Below, in pieces: positions 21,077 through 31,768 of a DNA stretch of 64,000 nucleotides (positions within the stretch are counted from its first letter, which is position 1; each line of letters opens with the position of its first letter). The translations under genes were made by a program, and so were the position numbers. A model generated the notes under the pieces. That model was not told the origin of the DNA. It worked only from the letters and a program-made list of their open reading frames with translations, and searched no databases. This stretch comes from Pelagomonas calceolata (taxonomy: Eukaryota): positions 4,774,001-4,838,000 of the forward strand of contig CAKKNE010000005.1 of the NCBI GenBank assembly GCA_918797485.1. Reading direction: 5' to 3'.

Positions 21077-22026
21077 CTAGGACGGAGTCTTCGTCTCGTC
21101 ATCGCTCTCGTCGTCGACGGGCGGTGCCTCCTGGGCGTACGCGGCCGGGCCCAGCCCGTCAAAGAAATCGCCGAGTTCCCGCGAGAAGTCCCGCGAGGAC
21201 CGGGCCTCGGCCTTGACCTCGTGGACTTCCTCCGCGGCGATCTCCGAGGCGCCGTCCGCGACTTCTACGACGTGCGCGTCGGCGAGTTCGGTGGGCGTCG
21301 ACTCCGCGAAGGACTCGCGGCGGCTCCGGAGCTCGACGATTTCCTGCTGCGTTCGACGACGCCTCGCGGCGGCGAGGCGCACGGACTCCGCTCGACGCGC
21401 GGCCGAGGAGCGGCGCCGGCCGTTGCTGGAGGGGCGCCCACGACAGCACTGGACGAAACAGCACGGCATAATAAAGACGAAGAAGCCCACCAGAAGGAAG
21501 GTCCCGAAGCCCGCCGGGTAGCTCCGCTCGCAGTAGGGGCTGCCGCCGAATTTATCCGAGTACCGCGGGCAGGCCTCGCCGGGCTTGCACCGCGTGCAGC
21601 AGAAATTGTACGCCTGGCACGTCGATCGACCGCTCCCGTTCGCGTCGCCTCGCGTGTAGCGGTAGCCCGGCGCGCACCTATGTGGAAATCAAAAGTCGAG
21701 AACACTGGGCAGACGACGCGTCGACCGTCGCACGGCTCGCCGCGCGAGTAGCGGTAGCCCGGCGCGCACGCGGCCCGCTCGGCGGGGGCGCAGCAGTTGT
21801 CGTCGCGACGGCAGTGCTTCGCGTCCGTCTTTTTTTTGTTGTAACCGGCTCCGACGTCGAGGATCATGCACGCGGTCGGCTCGCATACCGGTGCTGTCGC
21901 GGAGCTATTCGGCGATGGTTCGAATGGCGTTTGCAGGGGCACAGGGTCTGCTCCGGTGGTCGCGAGGACCGCGAGGACTAGCCAGATTGCACACGTACGC
22001 GCCGGTCTACTGGCAATTCCCGCCAT
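21077..22026 (-). CDS. Cys-rich type I membrane protein; two exons (intron 21678-21769)
   Basis: Signal peptide; spliced product ...ERAACAPGYRYTRGDANG...YNFCCTRCKPG...TM (FLLVGFFVFIMPCC) continuing into ORF 21077-21490. Confidence 0.7.
21678..21769 (-). mobile_element. Intron (92 nt, GT-AG) with Introner-type 3' end and a long exon duplication at its 5' end
   Basis: 3' end ttgatttccacatag matches the family TIR; first 33 nt duplicate the downstream exon start (31/33). Confidence 0.7.
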
Positions 22027-22413
22027 ATCAGTTTTTATCTGGCTCTAAACGTTGCGCGCGCTCGCCACGTGCGGTCGAATGTTGCGTGGTCGAATAGAGG
22101 TAGTGGTCGGGCTCTTGTTGGTTTCCCTTGCACCGATTTTGCGTGAACGTCAGCGCAAATCAAGTGCTGCTCTCGGTGACCTGAAGCATGCTCCCTTTTT
22201 TACTTTCTCCTCAACCACCCGGTTGCAGCAACGGAAGCATACGAGGCTCTATCGACGGGTCCGTAATCGCTAAGATCACGCGGAGATCGGAACGAGACCG
22301 TCGTCGCCGCGACGTCCGCGTTTCAAAGTGCCGGTCTGATTTTATCCGCTAATTCGTGCCAACAACGCCAGCGGCTTGCCAGCTCACCTATTGAGCGCCA
22401 GAAGAATCCCGCG

Positions 22414-22435
22414 CTAGCGGTTGGTAAGACACTAG
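22414..22435 (+). promoter_or_regulatory. CTAG-dyad motif copy
   Basis: ctagcggttggtaagacactag between divergent genes. Confidence 0.7.
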
Positions 22436-22495
22436 CATTGGGCAGAGCTTCCCATGATAAGCCTTTGTGAGGGCACAGGAGTCGGTTAGGCAGTG

Positions 22496-23048
22496 ATGCG
22501 ATCTGTAGGACTCCTGTTATGTGCGGCATCGGTGCAGAGCTTCGCGCCGCCAGCGCTGCGAAGCTTTGTTAGGCCCGGAGAGCATGGCTGCCGCACCACA
22601 GCCATCCGTGCAAAAGAAAACGGAGGCGGCGGCGCCAGTGAGCTCACGCGCGAAGGTAAACTCATCGTGAGCATACTCATCGACCTCATCGGAATGTCGA
22701 CGTACTTGCTACCCGTCGCGGGCGAGGGGGCGGACGTCGGTTGGGCGCCCGTATCCGCGGCGCTCATCTTCTGGCTCTACGGCTCTGGCATCTTCGCAGC
22801 GGCGGGCTTCGCGGAGGAGATTCTGCCCGGACTTGATTTCGTGCCGACGGCGACGATCGCGTCTATCCGTGCGGAAATCATCGCGTCGACCGCCACGCCA
22901 TTGACGACGTGGCTCAGTGGCGATGTCCACACAGGCCTGGTTCCTCACCCAAAGCGACGCGGGCCAGCGGATAGGCGAGAAGGTAACGCCCGAGGCCGCA
23001 CCGAAAAGGAAAGCAGAGGACCTCCGCGACGGCGCGATCGATGTGTAA
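22496..23048 (+). CDS. Small plastid-targeted membrane protein; two exons (intron 22859-22934)
   Basis: SVQSFAP presequence; conserved-looking IDLIG...GEGADVGWAP...EEILPGLDFVPTATIAW after splicing; stop TAA 23046-23048. Confidence 0.75.
22859..22934 (+). mobile_element. Introner-like intron (76 nt, GC-AG)
   Basis: GC donor, then after 8 nt ccgtgcggaaatca; ends gatgtccacacag. Confidence 0.7.
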
Positions 23049-23074
23049 TGTAGTAGTAGTAGACAAAAAATGGA

Positions 23075-26000
23075 TTATGCCCGCCGCGGAACTTGCGCCT
23101 TCCGCCGCGGCAACTCCGCCCCCTTGCGGAAGGCGCGCGCGGCGCCCGTCGCCTTCATCCTATCTAATTCCTTGCGCAGGTCCTTGAGCTGCGCCGCCAT
23201 CTCGCCGCCACTGCTGGATTTGACGCGCTTGCACCGGCTGCCGAAGGTCAGCGAGTTGGCCGTCTCCGACGCGTGCTCGGACGACGGCGACGCGTTCACG
23301 ATCATGAGCGTCTTCGCCGTGCCTCCTATACTATCGGACATGAGCATCGTGAGGGGGTGGTTCCGGTAGGGCACGTGCTTCGACTTTTGGGACAAGGCCG
23401 CGATGACGTCGCCGATGGCGCTCAGCGACTTGTTGATGGAGGCGGCCTCTTTCAGCTCGTCGCCCTGGACGCCCGACTTCTCGACGCGCTCCGACCCGGC
23501 CAAATCGACGAGCATGAGCTTGCCCCGCGTCTTCTTGCCCGACCGCCGGTTCGTCGACGTGAGCACGATCGACACGAGTAGGTGCGACCGCGACGACTCG
23601 GCGTTCAGCTCCGTGTGCGCGACGGCGCGCTGCTCGAGGCCCTTGTCCAGTAGCGCGACGAGCTCCTCCAGCGACTTCGCCTGACGGCACACGCCGCCCT
23701 CGACGGCGGCGAGCCCGTCGCGCGTGTGCTGCGCGAGCTTCACGGACCTGTGTGGGCACATCGACCGGTGAGTTCCGCCATCGCGCAGACGTAGGACACA
23801 GAAACACGAACAGGGGCTTCTTGTCCTTGCGGTCCGCGAGGAGGTCGCGCAGCGCGTCTCTATATAACTCGTACATGGACAGCTCCACCTCGTAGGAGTT
23901 CAAGGCCGCCCGCTCGTCGAGGACGCGGAAGATCTCGACGCAGCTCCGCGGGATGACGCCGGCGCTCGCCGCGACGGCCCACGACTCCAGGTCCACGGCG
24001 TCGCGCACGGGCCCGCCGCCGCCGGCCATCGTGTAGGTCTTGCCCGAGCCGGACTGCCCGTACGCGAAGATGCAGACGTTGAAGCCGTCGACGCACGACA
24101 GCACCAAAGCTTTGACGTCCGCGAAGACCGCGTCCTGCGCCGCCTCGCCCGCGAAGACCCGGTCGAACTCGAAGTGCTGCCGGTCCTGCGGCGGCTTGCG
24201 GTCCGGCCGCTTGACGACGACGCCCGTCTGGCCGCTGCGCTCGCAGCAGACCTCGTGCGCCGTCTTTTCTTTCTCGTTCATGGGCCTCACCCTTAAGTAG
24301 ACGCGGATGCGGCCCTTGAGGTCCTCGAGCGCGTTGTGCAGGTCCTTGCGCCGCTTGACCTCCCTCACCAAGTCGCGGTCGAGCTGCGCGTTCCGCCGGT
24401 CCACGGCGTCGGCCCGCGCGATGTGCTCCTCGAGGGCCTGGACGCGCGCCTCGGCGGCCTCCTCGGCCGCGGCCGCGCGCCGCTCGGCCTCGGCCGAGAC
24501 CTTCTCCGCGTGCTCGCAGCGCCGCTCCGCGTTGAGCACCTGGCGCTCGCTGCTCTTCTGCAGGGCGTCGCGGTCGCGCACGGCCGCCGCCGCCTCGCCC
24601 CGCAACTCGTTTAATAAAGCGACGTGCGCCGCGGCCGACGCGTCGTTCCTATCGATCGCCAGCACAAGCTGTGCCTCGGCCTGCGTCCGTGCGTCCACCA
24701 AATGCTGGCGCTGGCTCTCGAAGGTCGCCGTGAGTTCCTCGACGGCCTTGCGGGCCGCGTCGTTCTGGGACGACGCGTCCGCGGCGTGCGCGCGGGCCGC
24801 CTCCTCGTTGTGCGCGCGCGCCGCCGCGAGCTCCCGTTCGAGCTGCGCGATGCGCGCGTCGCTGCCGTGGGCCGCCGACGCGCCCGTCTCCCGCGCGTAC
24901 GAGAGGTCGTGCGCCTGGTCGTCGCACTTGCGGCGCAGGGCCGCGGCCTCGGCCTCGAGCACGTCGACGCGCCGCAGGGCGTCGTCCAGGTCCGCCTCGG
25001 CGTCCTGTCGGGCCTTCTGGGCCGCGGCCAGCTCGCTCTCGACGGCCTGGCGCTTCTCGACCTCGCGCTCGAGGTGGTCGACCTGGTGCGGCGTCTTCGG
25101 CGTCTGCGGGGGCCGGGCGAGCTGCCGCAGGACCTCGGCGCAGGCGCCGTGGCCCGCGTCAGCCGCGTAGTCCGCGGGCGCCCAACCGCCGTAGTCCTTG
25201 GCGGCCGCGTCGGCGCCCCGCATGACGAGCTCGCGGCAGAGCCGCTCGTGGCCCGTCGCCGCGAGGTAGTGCAACGCCCGCGAGCCGTGGTGGAGCTCCG
25301 GAATGTTCGGGTCGGCGCCGTGGTCGAGGAGCTTCTCGACGAGCCGTTCGGAGAAGGACGCCTGCGACGCGCCGCACGCGTACACGAGGGCCGTGCAGCC
25401 CGAGTGCGCCGCGGCGTCGACGTCCGCGCCTCTTTCTAATAACGCCTCGACGAGGTCCTCGTGACCGTACTGCGCGCAGACGACCAGCGGCGTCGCGCCC
25501 TCGTCGTCGACCGCTCGGAGATCGTCCTGGAGCGTCGCCGACACCGCCCTATTGACGACGGCGTCCGTCGAGGCGTCGCCCTGCCGATAAAAGGGCAATA
25601 ACTCAAAAAGCACGGACATGTGCTCGCCCGGGCCGTCGCTCTCGTCCTCCTCGTCTTCGACCTCGACTGGCGGCGGCCGCGCGGCCCGGATCGCCGCGAC
25701 CATCTCCCCCTTCTCGACGACGTTCGTCACGTCGACGCCGAGCTCCTGGGCCATCTGGCGCAACTCGCGGACGGGTCGCTTCGACGTGTCTATAACCTCC
25801 ACGGGCGACGGCGAAGGCGACACGACGCGCATGTCGTCGTCGTCAGAATCCGGTCCGAGATTTGCCGGCGTCGCGTAGGGGTCGCCCTCGTCCTCCTCGT
25901 CGCTGACCTTGGGTTGGTCAGGCGAGAGCCAGTCCGGCGGCGACGCGGGCCGGTCCAGCGTCGCATCGTCGTCGTCTTCGGTAGTGCATCGCGGCGCGTC

Positions 26001-26255
26001 CGGGGTGTCCTGCAGCCAACGCGGCTTGGGCGCCGGGCCGTCCGGCGACGCGGCAGGAGTGTCCTGCAACCACCGGGGCGGTTGATTCGCGTCGGCGGCT
26101 GGTGTGTCCTGGAGCCACCCGGGCGGCGGCTGCTTCGCGGCATCGGGCGACGGAGTCAGACTCGGTGCGATTCTTGTGGGCCGACGCGGGCGCGGCTTCT
26201 GCTGCTCGGTAGCGTCCTCTGCTGGTGCTGGTGCGACTCTACGGCTCGGTGCCAT
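23075..26255 (-). CDS. Kinesin-14 (C-terminal motor) with N-terminal ankyrin repeats and coiled coil; two exons (intron 23748-23811)
   Basis: LKGRIRVYLRVRP, FAYGQSGSGKTYTM, NAESSRSH, DLAGSER, HVPYRN; ankyrin repeats GATPLVVCAQYGH, GCTALVYAC, GSRALHYLA. Confidence 0.92.
23748..23811 (-). mobile_element. Intron (64 nt, GT-AG), degenerate Introner-like
   Basis: Joins KKPL to SVKLAQ; intron start gttcgtgt versus exon start gtccgtga (6/8, TSD-like); ctgtg near 5' end, cacacag at 3' end. Confidence 0.7.
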
Positions 26256-26707
26256 GGTAGAGGCTGCCCAGATGGCTGCCCAGCAGCGGTTGCCAAGGCT
26301 GCCTCAGGCGGCACGAACTCGTCGGTCGAGCAAAGCTCGCAGCCGTGTCGTTGATCAATTGTGCCCTCCAACAGAGTCAACGGCAGCAGCGCTCCTCGTT
26401 TTTTTTGCTCCAAAGTCCCACCAACTGTGCATCACAGCCAAACAACCCAAGCTCTTGCTGGGCGTCGGCCTTCGTTGCACGCAATTGATTTCGATCCCTG
26501 AGCGGTCGGATGCGTGTGAGTCGTGTGTGTATTTTTCCTAAATTCAAAACGGGTTTTACTTGAAATCGCCTCGCGCGAGATTTGCGCGTATAGCTGGTTT
26601 CTGGCCGTGCTTCGCATTACAAGACAGATCTCGGCTCGCATCGATCCAAGCGCTGCGTTTCGAGCATCGCTGCGCTTGGAAAAGCTGCCTCTGGACCTCA
26701 GCCATCC

Positions 26708-28025
26708 ATGGTTGCGACGCGCCGCTCGCGGTCGCAGAGGCGCGCTGGCCACTCGTCGGGGACGGATGCTGCCCGCGCGTCGTCGCCGCAGCGATTCATA
26801 AGCTTTGCAGCGGTGCGCTGGGCAATAGTGGCAGCGATCGCGGCCGTCGCGCTGCGACGCAAAGCGCCAGCGCCAGGCATATGTCCGGTCGACCCGGCGG
26901 CGTGTCATTTCTCGCAGCACCTCGACGGCGCGCGATCCTTGCTCCGCATGCGCGCCGCCGCGCTCAAAGACGTCTGCAACGTCTCGGTGAGTCGGCTACC
27001 GGAGGTGGCGCCAGGACTCGCCACCGACGCGGTTGTTGTGGACAACTGCGCTGGAGCTAACTGCAGTACGCTGGTGCACCTGTCCGGGGTCCACGGCGTC
27101 GAGGGCTACGTGGGCAGTGCCATCCAGAGCGCGTTGTTTCCAATGGGCGTGGGGCGAGAATCCCGGCGACCGCTGTCCGCCGCGCAACACGCGGGCCGTC
27201 CTGATCCATGCCGTCAATCCTTTCGGGATGGCGTACGGGAGGAGATGGAATGAAAAGGGCGTCGACCTGAACAGGAACGCTTTGAGGTTGAGTGAACCGT
27301 TCGAAGGCCTTGTCGATCGGAGACGAGACGTGGAGGATGCCTACGCGGAGCTGGCATCGCTGTTGAATCCGACGTCGTGGAGCGAAGCCAAATTCTGGTG
27401 GCGGGCGCTCTCTACGGTAGCGCGCAAGGGCTTCGTCGCGACTAAACGGGTCCTCGTGAGTGGCCAGTATTCGGTACCCAATGGCCTGTGGTTCGGAGGA
27501 ACCGAACTACAAAAATCCCACAAGTACGTGCTCAAGTTTCTCGGGAAAGTGGTGCCGCCGTCGAGCCGTATTTTCTTGGTCGACGCGCACACGGGGCTGG
27601 GACCTTCTGGCGTCGACACGCTGATGGCGTTGGGTGACGACGCTTCGCTTGACGGAGTCCGACACGTCTTCGGCGAGCCGGACGGGACGTTTCTGTACGG
27701 AGAGACTGCGACGGGTGCCGCTTCGGGCTACGATGCTACCATAGGCGACGTGCCGCGCGGTTACGCGGACCGACTCGGCTGGACGAACGCGCGCGGCCTC
27801 ACCCAAGAGTTTGGCACCGTTCCTGGCTTACTCGTTGCGCGCGCGCTGGTCCGCGAGAACGCGGCCTGGCACCACGGCGACGAGGACGAGCAGAGAGCCG
27901 CGGCGCGGGACGTGCGGGACGCGTTCTGCGTCCCGTCGGCCGCGTGGCAGGCGTCGGTCGTGGAGCGCGGCGTGACGGTGGCTCGGCAGGCGCTTGCGGG
28001 GTTGGCGGCTGGGCGGCTGCCCTAG
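26708..28025 (+). CDS. DUF2817 / M14-family zinc metallopeptidase-like gene with a +1 frameshift near 27137-27140
   Basis: SGVHGVEGYVGSAIQ in one frame; HAVNPFGM..RRWNEKGVDLNRN, DAHTGLG and EFGT in the next frame; no intron found. Confidence 0.75.
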
Positions 28026-28146
28026 GCTCGCTGGTCGCGGTAGCGCCGGAGCGCTGGTGCCGCGTCGCGCACGGGCCCCGGCCGTTGACGCGGGCGGAGC
28101 TCTAGAGTATTGTTATTTTGTATGTACTTATCACATGGGCCGCTCC

Positions 28147-29991
28147 TTACATCTGGCGAACCTGAACCGACGCGCGGATGTTCTGCAACCAGCGCGGCAG
28201 GACTGCAGGACTCGTGTTCGGGTGCACGCGGTCCATACCATGTATGGCCACGTGCGCCGGGTCGCCGTTGAACACTAGCGCGTCGCCGCTCCGGAACGTG
28301 AAGGAGTCGGTGGGTTGGTCCGGTTGCATACCGCCCGAACCGACTAGTCCCGTGCCCACGTTAAATGTGCACTCATCGCCGAGCGAGAACAATACGACCC
28401 AATGTCCGACGCCGTCGATGTGGTTCGGGAGCGACGCGCTCCGGCCGTACGTCAACCCCTGGCACATGTAGTAGTCGTGCTGGTTCTGGAGCGCGCGGGC
28501 GGCGAGCATCCGCGTAGCGTTATCGCCAGGCCCGTTGCGGGGGACGTACGACGGGTCGAGGACGGCGCGCTCGGCCATATCAATGACTTGGCCGGCCATG
28601 GACTTAAATTCGTCCGGCACGGCGAGGCCGGCGAAATGCTGACCACCGCGACTAAAATGGCGGCGAGACGATGAGGTGCCCCGCTCGGCGAGCGCAATCG
28701 AACCGTTGCCGCCCGACGCGCGGACCGTCGCCGTTGCCGTCTCGAGGTACCGCACCGTCGCCGTCCGATGCTCTGGATCGTCCTCTCGAGCCTTCGATTC
28801 TTCGCGCCGCTTCGCCTTCTGCCACTCGCGAATGGCCTTGGCCGCCTTCGTTCCCCCGTTCAAAGCCGCGGCTTTGAGGTCCGCGCGCCGCTGGTGGTGC
28901 GCGCCGGTCACCGCATATCGCTCGATCCCCTTCGCGATTCGCAGACCGCCGTCTCCAAAGGGATCGCGGACCACGATAATCGCCGAAGGGCGGCCGTGCG
29001 CCGTCAGCCTGAAGATCGTCGGCGCCGACGCGAACGAACCGCTGCCCATGACAATGTGCCCGACTAAGTCTCGCCGCTCAACCCGAAAGCGAACGCGACG
29101 GTGGTCGCCACACGCGGCGCCGACGGTCATGAGGAGCTCGGCGCGGTCGTAGCGCTTCTCGCCCTGGGCCAGCACATACGTAGAGTACGGGTCGTCGCGC
29201 GCGTCGAGCCCGAGCTTCTCTCTCAGCGGCGGGAAGACCATCGATAGAGGCTGTGTCTCCTCTAACTCGAACGTCACGGCCTGGCCGCCCGGCAGGCCGA
29301 CGCGCAAGCGCCGCGTGCCCAGGTGCGTCGGCGTCACGCGCGCGACGGGTTCTAGTGCGCAGGGCGTCGCCGGCCCGGCCTCGGAGAGCCGCCGCGCCAA
29401 CTGCTCGTCGCGGTCGATCTGGTCCACATCAATCACGACGGGGCCCTCAGCGAGCCGTCGCGCGAACTCAGCGTCGGCCTCCTCTCTTCTCTTCTGGTCG
29501 CGGTCCGCCTGTCGATACTCGGCTTGGAGGCGCCGCGCGAGCGCCGCGTCATCGTCGGCCGCGGGGGGCGGGAGGATCTCGAAGCCGTCGTCGTCGGAGT
29601 CCTGAGCGGCCGCCGGTGGCGCCTCGTCGTCGCTACTGCTCTCGGCGCTCACGTCGATGACATCCGTCCGCTGAATGAGATCGTCGATCTCCTCGGCGTA
29701 CTGCGTCGCAGCCACGTGCGCGGCTCGCTGCTGGACGTCCTGTTCCAGGTAGAAGACGCGCGATGCCACTTCACCGCGGCGCGAGGACGTATCGCAGTGC
29801 CGAACCAAGGCTGCGACGGCCGGCGACGCGTCGAAAGCCGCGCCGGTGGTCGCCGCCTGCAGCGCGTGTGAGGCCTCGTCCAGCAGCTCCTCGTCGTCGC
29901 TCAACGCTCGCAGGAGGCGCTCCAGTTCCGCGCCCCACGACGGCGCGGCGTCCGCTTGTCTCTGTAGCTTTGATGCGTGCAGCTCGGCCAT
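28147..29991 (-). CDS. AlkB-like 2OG-Fe(II) dioxygenase with ubiquitin-like/UBX-like region and UIM-like repeats
   Basis: NHID...VVLFSLG...FRSGDALVF...HGMDRV...RASVQVRQ; DDAALARRLQ, DAEFARRLAE, DEQLARRLSE; RLRVGLPGGQAVTFEL. Confidence 0.75.
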   Translation of the reverse strand: MAELHASKLQRQADAAPSWGAELERLLRALSDDEELLDEASHALQAATTGAAFDASPAVAALVRHCDTSSRRGEVASRVFYLEQDVQQRAAHVAATQYAEEIDDLIQRTDVIDVSAESSSDDEAPPAAAQDSDDDGFEILPPPAADDDAALARRLQAEYRQADRDQKRREEADAEFARRLAEGPVVIDVDQIDRDEQLARRLSEAGPATPCALEPVARVTPTHLGTRRLRVGLPGGQAVTFELEETQPLSMVFPPLREKLGLDARDDPYSTYVLAQGEKRYDRAELLMTVGAACGDHRRVRFRVERRDLVGHIVMGSGSFASAPTIFRLTAHGRPSAIIVVRDPFGDGGLRIAKGIERYAVTGAHHQRRADLKAAALNGGTKAAKAIREWQKAKRREESKAREDDPEHRTATVRYLETATATVRASGGNGSIALAERGTSSSRRHFSRGGQHFAGLAVPDEFKSMAGQVIDMAERAVLDPSYVPRNGPGDNATRMLAARALQNQHDYYMCQGLTYGRSASLPNHIDGVGHWVVLFSLGDECTFNVGTGLVGSGGMQPDQPTDSFTFRSGDALVFNGDPAHVAIHGMDRVHPNTSPAVLPRWLQNIRASVQVRQM

Positions 29992-30141
29992 AGTATTCAA
30001 ATGGAGCTGGCTCGTCTGGAGAGCCGCAAACTCGTGTGAAGGAAGATGACAGTGCAGTATTGCTGCGGCGCGGGCCGAAACGAGCACTCAGCGCACTGGC
30101 AACTAGCGCAGCGGCCACCAAAAACAAGGGACGACCGTTCG

Positions 30142-30163
30142 CTAGTGGCATGTAAGACACTAG
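30142..30163 (+). promoter_or_regulatory. CTAG-dyad motif copy (perfect 7-bp arms GCTAGTG/CACTAGC)
   Basis: gctagtggcatgtaagacactagcaagc, 151 bp upstream of the minus-strand ATG at 29991. Confidence 0.75.
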
Positions 30164-30241
30164 CAAGCAAACTCGGAACGCACATGCAGCCGTTTGAGCA
30201 TCGTTCCGTTAGCTAATGGTCCAAAGAGATCAATAGGAAAC

Positions 30242-30660
30242 TTACTGGGGGCCGAAAAATAATAATATTAAATTCGCGCTATTGACGGTCCCACCAGGGC
30301 GGGCACGTCAGTGGAAACCTGTCAATTCGTGGTCCTGAGGTCTCCCTGGGGTCGCCTAGGGTCGGTACTATACACGTGCAAACGCCTACACCGCATGCGC
30401 GGGCGCTTCCATCGGTAGATACATATTAGTACAGGTCCTCAGCCAGACATCGGGCCAGAGCCCAAGTCCCCCAAGTTTTCGATCCAGAGCTCTCTGGGGA
30501 GCTCCAAGAACGGGCGCATGCGGCGTATGTGACGACCCGACCCCAGACCTATCCCAGAGGGCGTCCGCGAGCCGATCTACATCCGAAAAAAGTAATTAAT
30601 TTGGTCCCGATGGCGCCCCGTTCCCGTCAAAAACGTCAATTACCCGAGGCCCCCCAGGAA
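30242..30660. repeat. Degenerate long inverted repeat (foldback/MITE-like)
   Basis: Four arm pairs symmetric about ~30455: 30242-30253/30648-30660, 30282-30288/30624-30630, 30346-30365/30537-30557, 30387-30400/30514-30527 (13/14). Confidence 0.55.
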
Positions 30661-30794
30661 TCGTAATAGCGGTCTCGTCGGACCCCATACTACCCCAGCG
30701 ATAGTCAATTACAAGTAAATGACATCTACATCACGAGAAGGGTACTTTGGTGCTGCCCACGCTCGGGACGTGAACATCTTGATCTGGACCTCGC

Positions 30795-31159
30795 GCAAGT
30801 CGGTCGATCATGGAACAAATGATCGCGTCATGGTCCATGGTGATGGTACACGGGCTGATGGTCGCAGATCCAAGTAATTCGCCAAAATTATTGAGATCAT
30901 GGGCTCGCGAGTTGGCCGAGCCGCGCGGAGCATTGTGGGGTCTCGAGCAATGTAGTAGGCGCTCAGGCCGGTTATCTGGCCCGTCCCATAACCGAAGCGC
31001 CTGAAATGCAATTTTATTTCATAACTCACCGGTCTGGGGCCAATTCAGTGCCCCGCGTACGCACCGTCGCCCGCGGAGAACGGGCAAGTCGGTCGATTGT
31101 GAATAGAACAACGGCATTATGGTCCATCTGGGTGGTGGCGTCGCTGATACTCGCAGATC
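30795..31159. repeat. Degenerate direct repeat, 289-nt period
   Basis: gcaagtcggtcgat, atggtccat, gctgat and tcgcagatc each recur at exactly +289. Confidence 0.65.
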
Positions 31160-31768
31160 TAGAGTATGTGCCTTTTTTTCAGTAAACGTGGAGGGCGCGG
31201 ATTCGTCGTTTCGCGCGGCTTTAACGGAGTACATGATCATGCTGGCCGATGTCCAGGCGAGCTAGATGAAATCTACCCCCAACAAACGGAAGGAAACGAA
31301 CATAAACTCGGGAGTTGTCGAGTAGAATTCTTCTCCCGCCCTCCGAGCGCGGGCCGTCGGCTCCGGTTCCGTCGAGTGTGCATGAAAACTGGGCTGGAGT
31401 TGATATAATGTACCATTTGAACGGTAGAAGGCGCCATCAATTGCTGGTGTATTTTGGCAAGCCGTAAGATTCATCCGCGAATGTCGCGAGCGGTGCCTTC
31501 CGGGAGGCGCGAGGGTATGTTCCCGGGCCGCTACTCTGAAATATTTGGTTTCGGCGAACGACTAGGATGTATTCTGAATTTTGGACATTCTTTTGACGCT
31601 ATCGAGGCGCATCTTTAGAAGTACTAGTAGGTATGTCGCGCTAGCTCTCGGTGCTTTTGCTTTTGCAGCCCGCGTGCTCGTTTGGTATAGTCTACGGTAT
31701 AGTGAGCCACGCCACCGCCTCGCCGCCAAGAGAAGAGCTCTCGGGGTCATTTCTACACACAAATCTCC

